From: Duncaniella sp. | GTDB lineage: Bacteria > Bacteroidota > Bacteroidia > Bacteroidales > Muribaculaceae | DNA: 64,000 nucleotides | Direction: 5' to 3' | NCBI GenBank assembly: GCA_029060405.1 | Contig: JAIDUB010000070.1 | Coordinates: forward strand, 15,372 to 79,371 | Shown: positions 8,803-17,252 of the stretch, piece after piece | Numbering within the stretch: position 1 is the first letter of the stretch | How the letters are laid out: every line of letters begins with the position of its first letter | Program-made: the position numbers and the translations under genes | The notes under the pieces: generated by a model | The model's database searches: none | What the model saw: the letters and a program-made list of their open reading frames with translations, nothing else | What the model was told of the DNA's origin: nothing

Positions 8803-8934
8803 TTGACAGGTAATATGATTAGTTTTTCTTATTGTGTTTCCGGTCTTTATTTTTCAGGTGTATTGTGCTGAATATCGACACAATATACCGCAAATATAAG
8901 CATTTTTCGCGATAATTCCCGATATTTGCCGTGA

Positions 8935-8982
8935 AAAAACGAGCTGCGGGTGCGCAGGGGAAACTTTTCCCGCGCACCCGCA
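8935..8982 (-). terminator. intrinsic terminator after hpf
   Basis: TGCGGGTGCGC (8945-8955) and GCGCACCCGCA (8972-8982) stem; T-run on the minus strand a few nt further. Confidence 0.7.
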
Positions 8983-9006
8983 ATTATTCGTTACGATGAG
9001 GTGGTG

Positions 9007-9294
9007 TTACTTGTTTTTGATCTTCTCGAGCTGGCGTTCGATTGCTTCGAGGCAGAGGTCAACGGCTTCCTCGAAGGTGTCGGCAGTCTTGTCGGCCACC
9101 ACCTCTTCCTGAGGCAGGAGGACTTTCACGATGGCCTGCTTGTTCATGGCCGTCTCGGGTTTTACTACTTTAAGAGATACGTCGGCGGTGGTGATGGCCG
9201 GATTATGACGGGCGACGCGCTCGAGTTTCTTGTTGATAAACGATGTGAGTTTCTCGGCGATGTCGAAGTGGATGGCTTTGATGTTAATGTCCAT
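9007..9294 (-). CDS. hpf: ribosome hibernation promoting factor / RaiA
   Basis: MDINIKAIHFD...TADTFEEAVDLCLEAIERQL.K.K. Confidence 0.9.
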   Translation of the reverse strand: MDINIKAIHFDIAEKLTSFINKKLERVARHNPAITTADVSLKVVKPETAMNKQAIVKVLLPQEEVVADKTADTFEEAVDLCLEAIERQLEKIKNK

Positions 9295-10213
9295 TTTGTC
9301 CTCCTTTTTTTAGGGCACGGGGGTGTGCTTGTTGATAATTTTGTTGTAGTTCTCTATTACTCAGATGAGTATAAACCTGTGTCGAAGCGAGTGAGGCATG
9401 ACCCAGAAGTTGCTTTACGGTGTTGAGACCGGCGCCGGCGTTGAGCATGTCGGTAGCCATCGAGTGGCGCATCACGTGAGGGCTGCGGCGGGCGGCGTGC
9501 ACATCGGCCGCCTCCATGCAGCGCCGCATTATGCGGTATATGTCGTGTCGCGAGAGCGGAAGCCCGTTGACACTCACAAGCAGCGTGTCGACTTGTACTG
9601 AAGCACCCTCCGGTGCGGGACGCAGTGGCCGGTAACTGTCGATCATCTCCGCCAGCCGCTGACTGATGGGGATGATCCTGTCTTTATTACGCTTGCCGTG
9701 CACTTTTAGTTCACGGCGACGTGTATCGGTGTTGACATCGAGCAGCCCGGTGAGCTCGCTGCAGCGCATCCCGGTATCGTAGAGCAACTCTCCTATAAGA
9801 CGGTCGCGGACGTTCTTGAACTCATTGGCCGAGTCATATACCTCGCTCCCTGCGTCGAGCATGGCGGCCGTCTCGTCGGGGCGCACGTTGAGCGGCAGCC
9901 GCTTGGGGAGCCGGGGTGTGTTGAGCGCGGCGGCGGGATTGGTCTTCATGCCGTGGTTGCGCATCATGAATTTGTAGAATGATTTGAGTGCCTGCACCTT
10001 ACGCTTCAGTGTGGCAACTGATACTCCCTGCCGGCTGAGATGCGACATGTAAAGCCGCAGATCGGAAACGGTGACGTCGGTGACATCGAGCCGCGACATA
10101 TCGCCGTCGGTGGCCCATTCAGCCCATTGCTCGAGGTCGCGGCGGTAGGCAGCCGCGGTGTTGGGCGAATAGTTGAGCTCGAGGCTCAGATAGTCGATGA
10201 AGCGGTCGATCAT
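9284..10213 (-). CDS. xerC: tyrosine recombinase XerC-like
   Basis: YSPNTAAAYRRDL, LLYDTGMRCSEL, VHGKRNKDR, HVMRHSMATDML, LLGHASL.STQVYTH; start MIDRF at 10213; xerC-hpf order is typical of Bacteroidetes. Confidence 0.85.
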   Translation of the reverse strand: MIDRFIDYLSLELNYSPNTAAAYRRDLEQWAEWATDGDMSRLDVTDVTVSDLRLYMSHLSRQGVSVATLKRKVQALKSFYKFMMRNHGMKTNPAAALNTPRLPKRLPLNVRPDETAAMLDAGSEVYDSANEFKNVRDRLIGELLYDTGMRCSELTGLLDVNTDTRRRELKVHGKRNKDRIIPISQRLAEMIDSYRPLRPAPEGASVQVDTLLVSVNGLPLSRHDIYRIMRRCMEAADVHAARRSPHVMRHSMATDMLNAGAGLNTVKQLLGHASLASTQVYTHLSNRELQQNYQQAHPRALKKGGQNGH

Positions 10214-10238
10214 GGCAGTCGCTTTTAAGGGTATAGTG

Positions 10239-10289
10239 CAAATATAATTCAATGATATAAGAAAAGCAAGAAAAAATTCGTTATTTTTG
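10239..10289. promoter_or_regulatory. divergent -7 promoter elements
   Basis: CAAATATA (10239-10246, minus-strand TATATTTG) and TATTTTTG (10282-10289, plus strand). Confidence 0.55.
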
Positions 10290-10308
10290 TAACTCAAACT
10301 TTCAACCG

Positions 10309-11376
10309 ATGCAACAACCATCCGTCACCCCTGCCGGCAGCAAAGGTCGCCGGGTACTCGGCTACCTGCTCAAGTATGGTGTCCCGCTCATTATCACGGT
10401 GGGGCTCTGTTATCTGCTGTTTCACGACATAGATTTCGGCATGATGGTCGAGACCATACGCCGCGACTGCGATTTCCGCTGGATAGGCGCGGCACTGGCC
10501 GTAAGTATACTCAGCCATATATTGCGTGCCGCCCGCTGGCGCATACAGTTGCGTGCCCTCGGTATCGATGCTTCGCTGTGGGAGCTCACGCTGAGCATAT
10601 TCGGCACCTACGCCGTCAATCTTGTATTTCCCCGTCTTGGCGAAGTGTGGCGCACGGGTTTCGTGGCCGAGCGCCGTCAGGCGCCGTTTGCCACCGTGTT
10701 CGGCTCGATGGTAGCCGACCGTCTCGCCGATACCATCACGGTACTTCTCATCACCGGATTCACATTCCTGCTTGCCGGCGCCCAGCTGGTGAGCTATCTT
10801 AGCCAGAACCCCGAGGCTTACGACACCGCCATGACTCTCGCTACATCGCCGTGGCTGTGGCTAACCATAATTATAGTCATCGTAGTGCCGGCGTTTATAC
10901 TCGTGAAGTATCCCGAGGCCAAGGCTGTGGTTAAGATACGCCAAGTGTGGCAGCGCCTATGGGACGGCTTCGCCGTAATCGTGAAGATGCCCGGCAAGGG
11001 TCACTGGCTGCTGCTTACGGCCGGAGTGTGGGGCTGCTATTTCTTCCAGCTCTATCTGGCGTTTTTCTCATTTCCCGTCACCGCGCAGGTGGTGGCCGAG
11101 CATGGCGTGACGGCCGTGCTGGTGTGCTTCGTGCTGTCGAGTATCTCAATGGCAGTGCCGAGCAACGGCGGCATAGGACCGTGGCAGTGGGCCGTGATAT
11201 TCGGACTGAGTCTGTACACGGTGCCCGGCCTGACTACCGACTACGCCACTACATTCGCCAATCTCGTGATGGGCACGCAGACACTTCTGCTCATCCTTCT
11301 GGGTATATTCACTTTCACCGCGATCGCTCTTCAGCGCAACCGCCCCTCATCACCATCATCAGCCTATGAATCTTGA
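10309..11376 (+). CDS. lysylphosphatidylglycerol synthase TM / UPF0104 flippase-like membrane protein
   Basis: Multi-TM; RAARW, YAVNLVFPRLGEVWR, GSMVADR, VPSNGGIGPW. Confidence 0.8.
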   Translation: MQQPSVTPAGSKGRRVLGYLLKYGVPLIITVGLCYLLFHDIDFGMMVETIRRDCDFRWIGAALAVSILSHILRAARWRIQLRALGIDASLWELTLSIFGTYAVNLVFPRLGEVWRTGFVAERRQAPFATVFGSMVADRLADTITVLLITGFTFLLAGAQLVSYLSQNPEAYDTAMTLATSPWLWLTIIIVIVVPAFILVKYPEAKAVVKIRQVWQRLWDGFAVIVKMPGKGHWLLLTAGVWGCYFFQLYLAFFSFPVTAQVVAEHGVTAVLVCFVLSSISMAVPSNGGIGPWQWAVIFGLSLYTVPGLTTDYATTFANLVMGTQTLLLILLGIFTFTAIALQRNRPSSPSSAYES

Positions 11377-11908
11377 CCGAAACGAGGATTATTTCCTTCA
11401 TGATTTCAATAAAAACGACAGTGCCGCCAGCGGTCCCGAAACCACCACTCCCGTGCCCGGTCAGACGGTGGATTTCTCTTCATCCTCACGCGCCGGAGAC
11501 GCGTCGCCGTCACCCGCGGTGAAGAAGCGCGGCGGTTGCAGGAAGGCGTGGATATGGTTTTTCGCAATCATAATAGCGGCTCTGGCCGTGACCGTATCGA
11601 TACGCTACTTCATACCCTATACCACCGACTCGCAGGTGCGCGGCTATGTGGTATCGGTGGAGAGGCGCGGTATAGTGTGCAAGACATTTGAGGGAGAGAT
11701 GGTATCGCACGCCGCCCTCGAGGATTCCACACGCATCTATGCCCGTGAAATCAATTTCTCCATTCCGTCTGATTCCCTCGCCCGCCTGCTTCAGAGCTAT
11801 CAGGGCACCGGGCGTCCCGTCACCGTGACACTCGAGCGCTATTACGGCACTTTACCATGGCGGGGAGCCTATCCTACGGTTGCCGTGGCAGTTGAGCCGG
11901 GATTATAA
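11366..11908 (+). CDS. conserved Bacteroidetes single-TM hypothetical protein
   Basis: One TM followed by RGYVVSVERRGIVCKTFEGEM...YYGTLPWRG. Confidence 0.65.
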   Translation: MNLDRNEDYFLHDFNKNDSAASGPETTTPVPGQTVDFSSSSRAGDASPSPAVKKRGGCRKAWIWFFAIIIAALAVTVSIRYFIPYTTDSQVRGYVVSVERRGIVCKTFEGEMVSHAALEDSTRIYAREINFSIPSDSLARLLQSYQGTGRPVTVTLERYYGTLPWRGAYPTVAVAVEPGL

Positions 11909-12127
11909 AGAAGTTTTTACCAAATTTGCGTTAAAATTCTATTAAAACTATCATTTTGTTAGGAATTGTCGCGGAAATTTACTACTTTTGTATTCCTTTG
12001 CTGAAAAAAGGAGGAAAAATCGTCGGCGCGAGTAGCGTAGACGACGGCAAAGGCAAGTCCCTCCACCTATCTAACTGTTTATAGAAAAGAATAATAACAC
12101 AGACAATCACCCCTATTGAAATTGGAC

Positions 12128-13759
12128 ATGAAGCAAATCTTTTTAGCAATCTTGCTGGCTGTGGGTGCAATAGGCGCCTGGGCCAATCCCGTGTCACAAA
12201 GCCGTGCCGAAGAAGCTGCCAAAATGTGGGTAAAGGCCCGCTCGGGTCAGAACACCACGGTTAAGCAGGTTCTTACCGCTAAAGACCGGTACTATATAGT
12301 TAATCTCGCGCCTGCCGGTTGGGTGATCGTTTCGACCGACGACGCTGTGGATCCCATCATCGGTTACAACCTTGAGGGAAATCTCGACGTGACCGATCTT
12401 CCCGAGAACATGCGCGCCGTCATCGACGAGATCGGCGATGTAAACAAGTATGAGGCGCGAATGCGTTCGACCGTTTCGCCCGCATGGACCTCCATGGCTT
12501 CAGAATTCTCGCGTGCCGACGAAGGCCGCATCGAGCCCCTCATCAAGGTCAACTGGACTCAGGACGGCAACTATAGTAAATATTGCCCGTCAAACGCTTC
12601 GGGCCGTGCGCTCGTAGGTTGCGTGGCGGTGGCAATGGGTCAGGCAATGACCGTGCAGCGCTGGCCCAACAAGGGTCAGGGTTCATTCCGCTACGTTCCT
12701 GCCGGATATTCCGCTCAGGAAGTGAACTGGGACAATCAGAAGCCCTATGACTGGGACGCCATAATAAGCGGCACCAACAGCAACGACGAGGCTGCCCGTC
12801 TGCTCTATCACGCAGGTGTATCGGTATCGATGGGTTACGGTGCCAACGGTTCCGGTATCCCCTCCAACGAGGTGAACCGTATCTCCGACGCTCTCAAGAA
12901 ATATTTCTGCTATCCTTCTGATGTGACCTACGTGTGGCGCGACAGCTACCGTGGCGACTGGGACCGCCTCATCTACAATGAGCTTGCAGCCGGCCGTGCT
13001 GTGATCTACAACGCTATCTCCCACACCAACACCGGTTCGAAGGATGCCGGCCACTCCTTCAACGTCGACGGTTTCGACGGTGCAGGCAAGTACCACCTCA
13101 ACTGGGGTTGGAACGGCTCGGGCAACGGATGGTTCCAGCTCTCCCGCCTCAACGTGAGCGGTTATGAGTACAACTATGATCAGGTGGCTGTAATCGGTAT
13201 CGGTTCGCCCGAACGCGAGCTCCGCTCCATCGAGCTTACTGAAACCACCATCGACGAGAAGCTTCCCGCAGGTACCGTGGTAGGTGAAATCCTCGTCAAC
13301 GGCGAGGCTCCCCAAGCCGGTTATACCCTCAAGGTGCAGGGTTCCTACGATGCTTCACTCAAGGGATTCCCCGAAGTGCCCTTCGCCATCAAGGACGGCA
13401 ATCTCGTGACCACCGCTGTGCTCGACGCCACCAAGCCCACCATAGGCATCGAAATCTCGGCTCAGACCGCCAAGGGCGACCGCCTGACAGCTGAGTTTAC
13501 CATCAATGTGGTAGCTTACCGCAAGATCGAGAAAGCGACTTCACTTGCATATGACCGCAACTCCGGCGAATTCACTCTCAAGACAAAGCACGGTGTAACC
13601 TACACCCTCACCCGTCCTGACGGTTCGCAGGTAGCTACGGCGCTTCTCGAGCCCCTGCCCAAGGTCACCTTCAATAAGTCGCAGCTCGGCGACGGCGAGA
13701 ACACTCTCACCCTCACCACCTCCGACGGTGATACCAAAGTGCTCAAGATAAAGAAATAA
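12128..13759 (+). CDS. secreted C10 (streptopain-family) cysteine protease with Spi-like prodomain and cadherin-like C-terminal domain
   Basis: Signal peptide; YYIVN...GWVIVSTDD...IIGY prodomain; WTQ, GCVAVAMGQ (Cys), GHSFNVDG (His), YHLNWGWNG; start MKQIF at 12128. Confidence 0.9.
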   Translation: MKQIFLAILLAVGAIGAWANPVSQSRAEEAAKMWVKARSGQNTTVKQVLTAKDRYYIVNLAPAGWVIVSTDDAVDPIIGYNLEGNLDVTDLPENMRAVIDEIGDVNKYEARMRSTVSPAWTSMASEFSRADEGRIEPLIKVNWTQDGNYSKYCPSNASGRALVGCVAVAMGQAMTVQRWPNKGQGSFRYVPAGYSAQEVNWDNQKPYDWDAIISGTNSNDEAARLLYHAGVSVSMGYGANGSGIPSNEVNRISDALKKYFCYPSDVTYVWRDSYRGDWDRLIYNELAAGRAVIYNAISHTNTGSKDAGHSFNVDGFDGAGKYHLNWGWNGSGNGWFQLSRLNVSGYEYNYDQVAVIGIGSPERELRSIELTETTIDEKLPAGTVVGEILVNGEAPQAGYTLKVQGSYDASLKGFPEVPFAIKDGNLVTTAVLDATKPTIGIEISAQTAKGDRLTAEFTINVVAYRKIEKATSLAYDRNSGEFTLKTKHGVTYTLTRPDGSQVATALLEPLPKVTFNKSQLGDGENTLTLTTSDGDTKVLKIKK

Positions 13760-13788
13760 TTCAACTTCAATCTGACGAAATTACTCCT

Positions 13789-14943
13789 ATGAAATTCTCG
13801 AAATATCTTTATATAGCAAGCCTCGCGGCTTTTGGCTCTATGGCACTCACCTCCTGCGGTGAAAGCAAGGAGAACGAACCCGGCACCAACCCCGGTACCA
13901 CTCCTTCCGAGAAAGCCCTCAAGATAAGCACCAATGTGCTCACCGAAGCTCAGGTCACCACCGAGCTGGGCGAAGCAGCTACCATGAACGTATTCGTCAA
14001 GACCGGTAGTTCGCTCTCGTCGCAGGACTTCGTGAAAGGTGTCAAAGCTACTTTCCAGAACGGCGCATGGGGTCTCTCGCCCGTAGTGGAGTTTACCACG
14101 CAGAACAATGCCCTCTTTGTCTACGCCGTATCGCCTTTCAAGGCATCGGGCTCGTTTGATCCCCTCCGCTATCCTGTCGACATCACCGAGCAGCAGGATG
14201 TGCTCTACTCCGGTGCGGCCGCCGCAGCCAACTATTCGCAGGGTATCACCACCGCCAAGCTCACCATGAAGCATGCTCTTGCTATGGCTTCGTTCAATAT
14301 ATCGAAGTCGGGCTATGCAGGCGAAGGCAAGCTCACCGGACTCTCCGTCAACGGCGAGACCATTTTCACCGAAGGTGACCTCGATATCTCGACAGGTAAC
14401 ATTACCGGTACAAACCGCAAGGCGTTTACCGTTGACTATGACAAGACCATCGACGCTGCCGGATGGAAAGCCGATCTCCCCTCTATGTGGCTCATTCCCG
14501 CCTCCACCAAGGCTTCTCCCGCCACACTCACGGCTACCATCGACGGAAAGACTTATGATGTGACATTCCCTCAGGTTGATATCCGTGGCGGATTCCAGAC
14601 TATCTTCCACCTCATCCTGTCGCCCAACGGACTCGTGTTCCGTCCTGACCAGACCCAGACCGTCTCGCTCAATCAGGGAACCGATGATCCTCAGCTCGCT
14701 CAGCTCTACGGTCAGCTCGTGTTCAAGGTGAATGCCGCTGAATTCAGCTTCCCCACTTTCTCGGGCGACAACGTATTCGGCAACATCGTAGCCGGCAATA
14801 CCATGCTCAACTATGCTATCGGCGGAAAGGTTATCCTCTCGGCAGGTACTGCAACTGACGTAGTGGTGGAGACATGGAACTCTACAGGCTTCACGCTCGA
14901 CACGCTCGAGGGCGTAGAGTCAGTCGACATCTCGCAGTATTGA
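13789..14943 (+). CDS. fimbrillin-family (type V pilin-like) lipoprotein
   Basis: Lipobox LTSC plus acidic residues; YAVSPF, QQDVLYS, LTMKHALA, W.IPA, GGFQTIFHL. Confidence 0.75.
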   Translation: MKFSKYLYIASLAAFGSMALTSCGESKENEPGTNPGTTPSEKALKISTNVLTEAQVTTELGEAATMNVFVKTGSSLSSQDFVKGVKATFQNGAWGLSPVVEFTTQNNALFVYAVSPFKASGSFDPLRYPVDITEQQDVLYSGAAAAANYSQGITTAKLTMKHALAMASFNISKSGYAGEGKLTGLSVNGETIFTEGDLDISTGNITGTNRKAFTVDYDKTIDAAGWKADLPSMWLIPASTKASPATLTATIDGKTYDVTFPQVDIRGGFQTIFHLILSPNGLVFRPDQTQTVSLNQGTDDPQLAQLYGQLVFKVNAAEFSFPTFSGDNVFGNIVAGNTMLNYAIGGKVILSAGTATDVVVETWNSTGFTLDTLEGVESVDISQY

Positions 14944-14973
14944 TAACGCATATCCTCTTACCATCTATACCCG

Positions 14974-15011
14974 CCCGGGAGCGAAACACCTTCGCTCCCG
15001 GGTTTAGTTTT
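14974..15011 (+). terminator. intrinsic terminator
   Basis: CCCGGGAGCGAA-ACACC-TTCGCTCCCGGG 12-bp stem followed by TTTAGTTTT. Confidence 0.85.
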
Positions 15012-15220
15012 ATGTAGAAGAAACTGACGCTTCGCCGCATTTCCCGGAAATTCGGAATATCACGATATTTGTAGCCGCGCGGGAGCTATCTCGCTCGGCT
15101 ATCCCTCCAATACACCTCTTACCCGGGATATATGTCTGTCGATGAACAACCTCGCACATACCATCGCGGCAACTTTCAAATCAGAGCAAGCGTTATGTAT
15201 TAAAATACACGATAATTTCG

Positions 15221-15228
15221 TAACTTTG
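15221..15228 (+). promoter_or_regulatory. -7 element TAACTTTG
   Basis: Matches TAnnTTTG, 22 nt upstream of ATG 15251. Confidence 0.55.
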
Positions 15229-15250
15229 CTACACTAATTACAGATTAACT

Positions 15251-16102
15251 ATGAAGCTCATAAAAGATACAGAGTTCGGCGGCGAGCGTCCGCTGTTTGC
15301 ATCGAGCGATCTCGCTCTTGAAAACGTAACCATCCACACCGGCGAGTCAGCCCTCAAGCAGTGCCGCAATATCGTGGCACGTGACTGCCGCTTCGAGGGT
15401 AAATATCCTTTCTGGCATGTGGATAACTTCGCTATCGAAAATTGTCTTTTCACGCCCGGAGCACGTGCCGCCCTGTGGTATTCCCGCGACCTGATTATGA
15501 AAGACACCCTCGTGGAGGCGCCCAAGATGTTCCGCGACATGGATCACATCACACTCGAGCGCGTGAAGATTCCCGATGCGCAGGAGACCCTGTGGCACTG
15601 CCGTGACATTCAGTTGCGCGATGTGGAGGTGGCCAACGCCGACTACCTTTTCATGCACTGCGACGATATCGATATTGACCGTTATACCCAGCACGGCAAC
15701 TATTCCTTCCAGTATTGCAACCGCGTGACCATACGCAATGCCGAGATTCATTCCAAGGATGCTTTCTGGAATACCACCGACGTAACAATAATCGACTCGA
15801 CTATTTCCGGTGAATATCTGGGATGGCACTCGCGCCGCCTCAAGCTTGTAAACTGCCACATATCGGGCACTCAGCCTCTTTGCTACTGCCGCGACCTCGT
15901 GGTGGAGAATTGTACGTTTGACGCCGACTGCGACCTTGCGTTTGAGGACTCGTCGATTGATGCCGTAGTCACTTCTCCTATCACGAGCGTCAAGAATCCC
16001 CGCACAGGTTCCATCAAAGCCAAGTCGATAGGCGAGATAATTATCGATGCCAACGTGCTCGCACCCGCCGACTGCAAGATTTCAACCGATGAGCAACTTT
16101 GA
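15251..16102 (+). CDS. DUF3737 family beta-helix protein
   Basis: GERPLF, GESALK, GKYPFWH, ARAALWY, APKMFR, SKDAFW, GEYLGW, GTQPLCY. Confidence 0.9.
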   Translation: MKLIKDTEFGGERPLFASSDLALENVTIHTGESALKQCRNIVARDCRFEGKYPFWHVDNFAIENCLFTPGARAALWYSRDLIMKDTLVEAPKMFRDMDHITLERVKIPDAQETLWHCRDIQLRDVEVANADYLFMHCDDIDIDRYTQHGNYSFQYCNRVTIRNAEIHSKDAFWNTTDVTIIDSTISGEYLGWHSRRLKLVNCHISGTQPLCYCRDLVVENCTFDADCDLAFEDSSIDAVVTSPITSVKNPRTGSIKAKSIGEIIIDANVLAPADCKISTDEQL

Positions 16103-17252
16103 CAATAAGGTCCTGCGCCGCAACACCGGTTCCTACAAGTGGGACACTCCGGAGGCCGACGATATCATACCCATGTGGGTTGCCGATATGGACTTCCGCG
16201 CGCCCGACTGCGTGGTCGACGCCCTGCGCCGCCGCGTGGATCACGGTGTATTCGGCTACACGAAGGTGCGTCCCGAATTTTACACCGCCCTTACCGGCTG
16301 GTTTTCCTCGCGTCACGGCTGGGAAATAAATACTGACAGGCTCATATATACCTCGGGTGTGGTTCCGGCTGTATCGGCCATTATAAAGGCTGTTACGCGC
16401 CCCGGCGACGGCGTGGCGCTGCTCACTCCGGCTTATAACTGTTTCTACTCATCGATACGCAACAACGGGTGCATGCTCCGCAGCGTGCCTATGGTGATGA
16501 CCGAGAGTGGCTATGCCATAGATTTTGACGCGCTCGACACCACGCTGAGCGATCGCCGCACCCCCCTGCTCATATTCTGTAACCCGCAGAATCCCGGCGG
16601 CAGAGTGTGGACCCCCGACGAGACCCGCCGCGTTGCTGAAATAGCGCGCCGCCACTCCACTTTCGTGATCTCCGACGAAATCCACTGCGAACTTACATTC
16701 CCGGGCGTGGACTATACGCCCTATGCCACCGTGGCTGCCGACGATGCCGACCGTTGGGCCGTGTGCGTGTCGCCGAGTAAGGCTTTCAACACGGCCGGAC
16801 TTCAGATTGCATGCATAGTGGCCTCCGACGACGATGCCACGCGCCGCATCGACCGCGCCATCAACGATAACGAGGTGTGTGACGTTAATCCCTTCGGCGT
16901 GGAAGGCCTCATAGCGGCATATACTCCCGCCGGAGCCGAGTGGCTCGATGAGTTGCGCGGGTATCTTCACGGCAATTTCACCCGGCTTGCCGCCTTTATT
17001 GACTCTCACCCCGCATTAGGCTGGAAACTCACACCCATGGAGGGCACTTATCTCGCATGGATCGACGTGAGCGCAAGCGGCATTGACGGCGATGCCACAG
17101 CCCGCAGGCTGCTCGGAGAAGCCCGCATCATGGTGAGCGAAGGCAGCGACTACGGCCCCGGAGGCGAAAACTTCATCCGTATCAATCTCGCCTGTCAGCG
17201 GCACACGCTCGATGAGGCGCTTAACCGCATAGAATCCGCGCTGTTCAAGTGA
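16089..17252 (+). CDS. MalY/PatB family PLP-dependent C-S lyase (cystathionine beta-lyase-like)
   Basis: RRNTGSYKWD, PMWVADMDF, CNPQNPGG, SDEIH, SPSKAFN, EGTYLAWID, FIRINLAC; start MSNFD at 16089. Confidence 0.9.
   Translation: MSNFDNKVLRRNTGSYKWDTPEADDIIPMWVADMDFRAPDCVVDALRRRVDHGVFGYTKVRPEFYTALTGWFSSRHGWEINTDRLIYTSGVVPAVSAIIKAVTRPGDGVALLTPAYNCFYSSIRNNGCMLRSVPMVMTESGYAIDFDALDTTLSDRRTPLLIFCNPQNPGGRVWTPDETRRVAEIARRHSTFVISDEIHCELTFPGVDYTPYATVAADDADRWAVCVSPSKAFNTAGLQIACIVASDDDATRRIDRAINDNEVCDVNPFGVEGLIAAYTPAGAEWLDELRGYLHGNFTRLAAFIDSHPALGWKLTPMEGTYLAWIDVSASGIDGDATARRLLGEARIMVSEGSDYGPGGENFIRINLACQRHTLDEALNRIESALFK

Noticed and set aside
9284-10213. Tyrosine recombinase as the integrase of the phage-like module or a promoter invertase
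   Set aside because: The xerC-hpf context and about 310-aa size fit housekeeping XerC. It is separated from the module by tkt, and I saw no invertible repeats.
11991-12127. Structured leader of the C10 protease gene
   Set aside because: Only short TCGTC/GACGA and GGAGG/CCTCC pairings, with no terminator or known motif.
15012-15220. Riboswitch (for example SAM) upstream of DUF3737-patB
   Set aside because: A small hairpin exists (about 15072-15101) but I could not match any riboswitch consensus. An Infernal/Rfam search would settle it.
15418-15426. Perfect DnaA box TGTGGATAA (also TTATCCACA near 42684)
   Set aside because: Both are isolated and inside coding sequence, consistent with chance.
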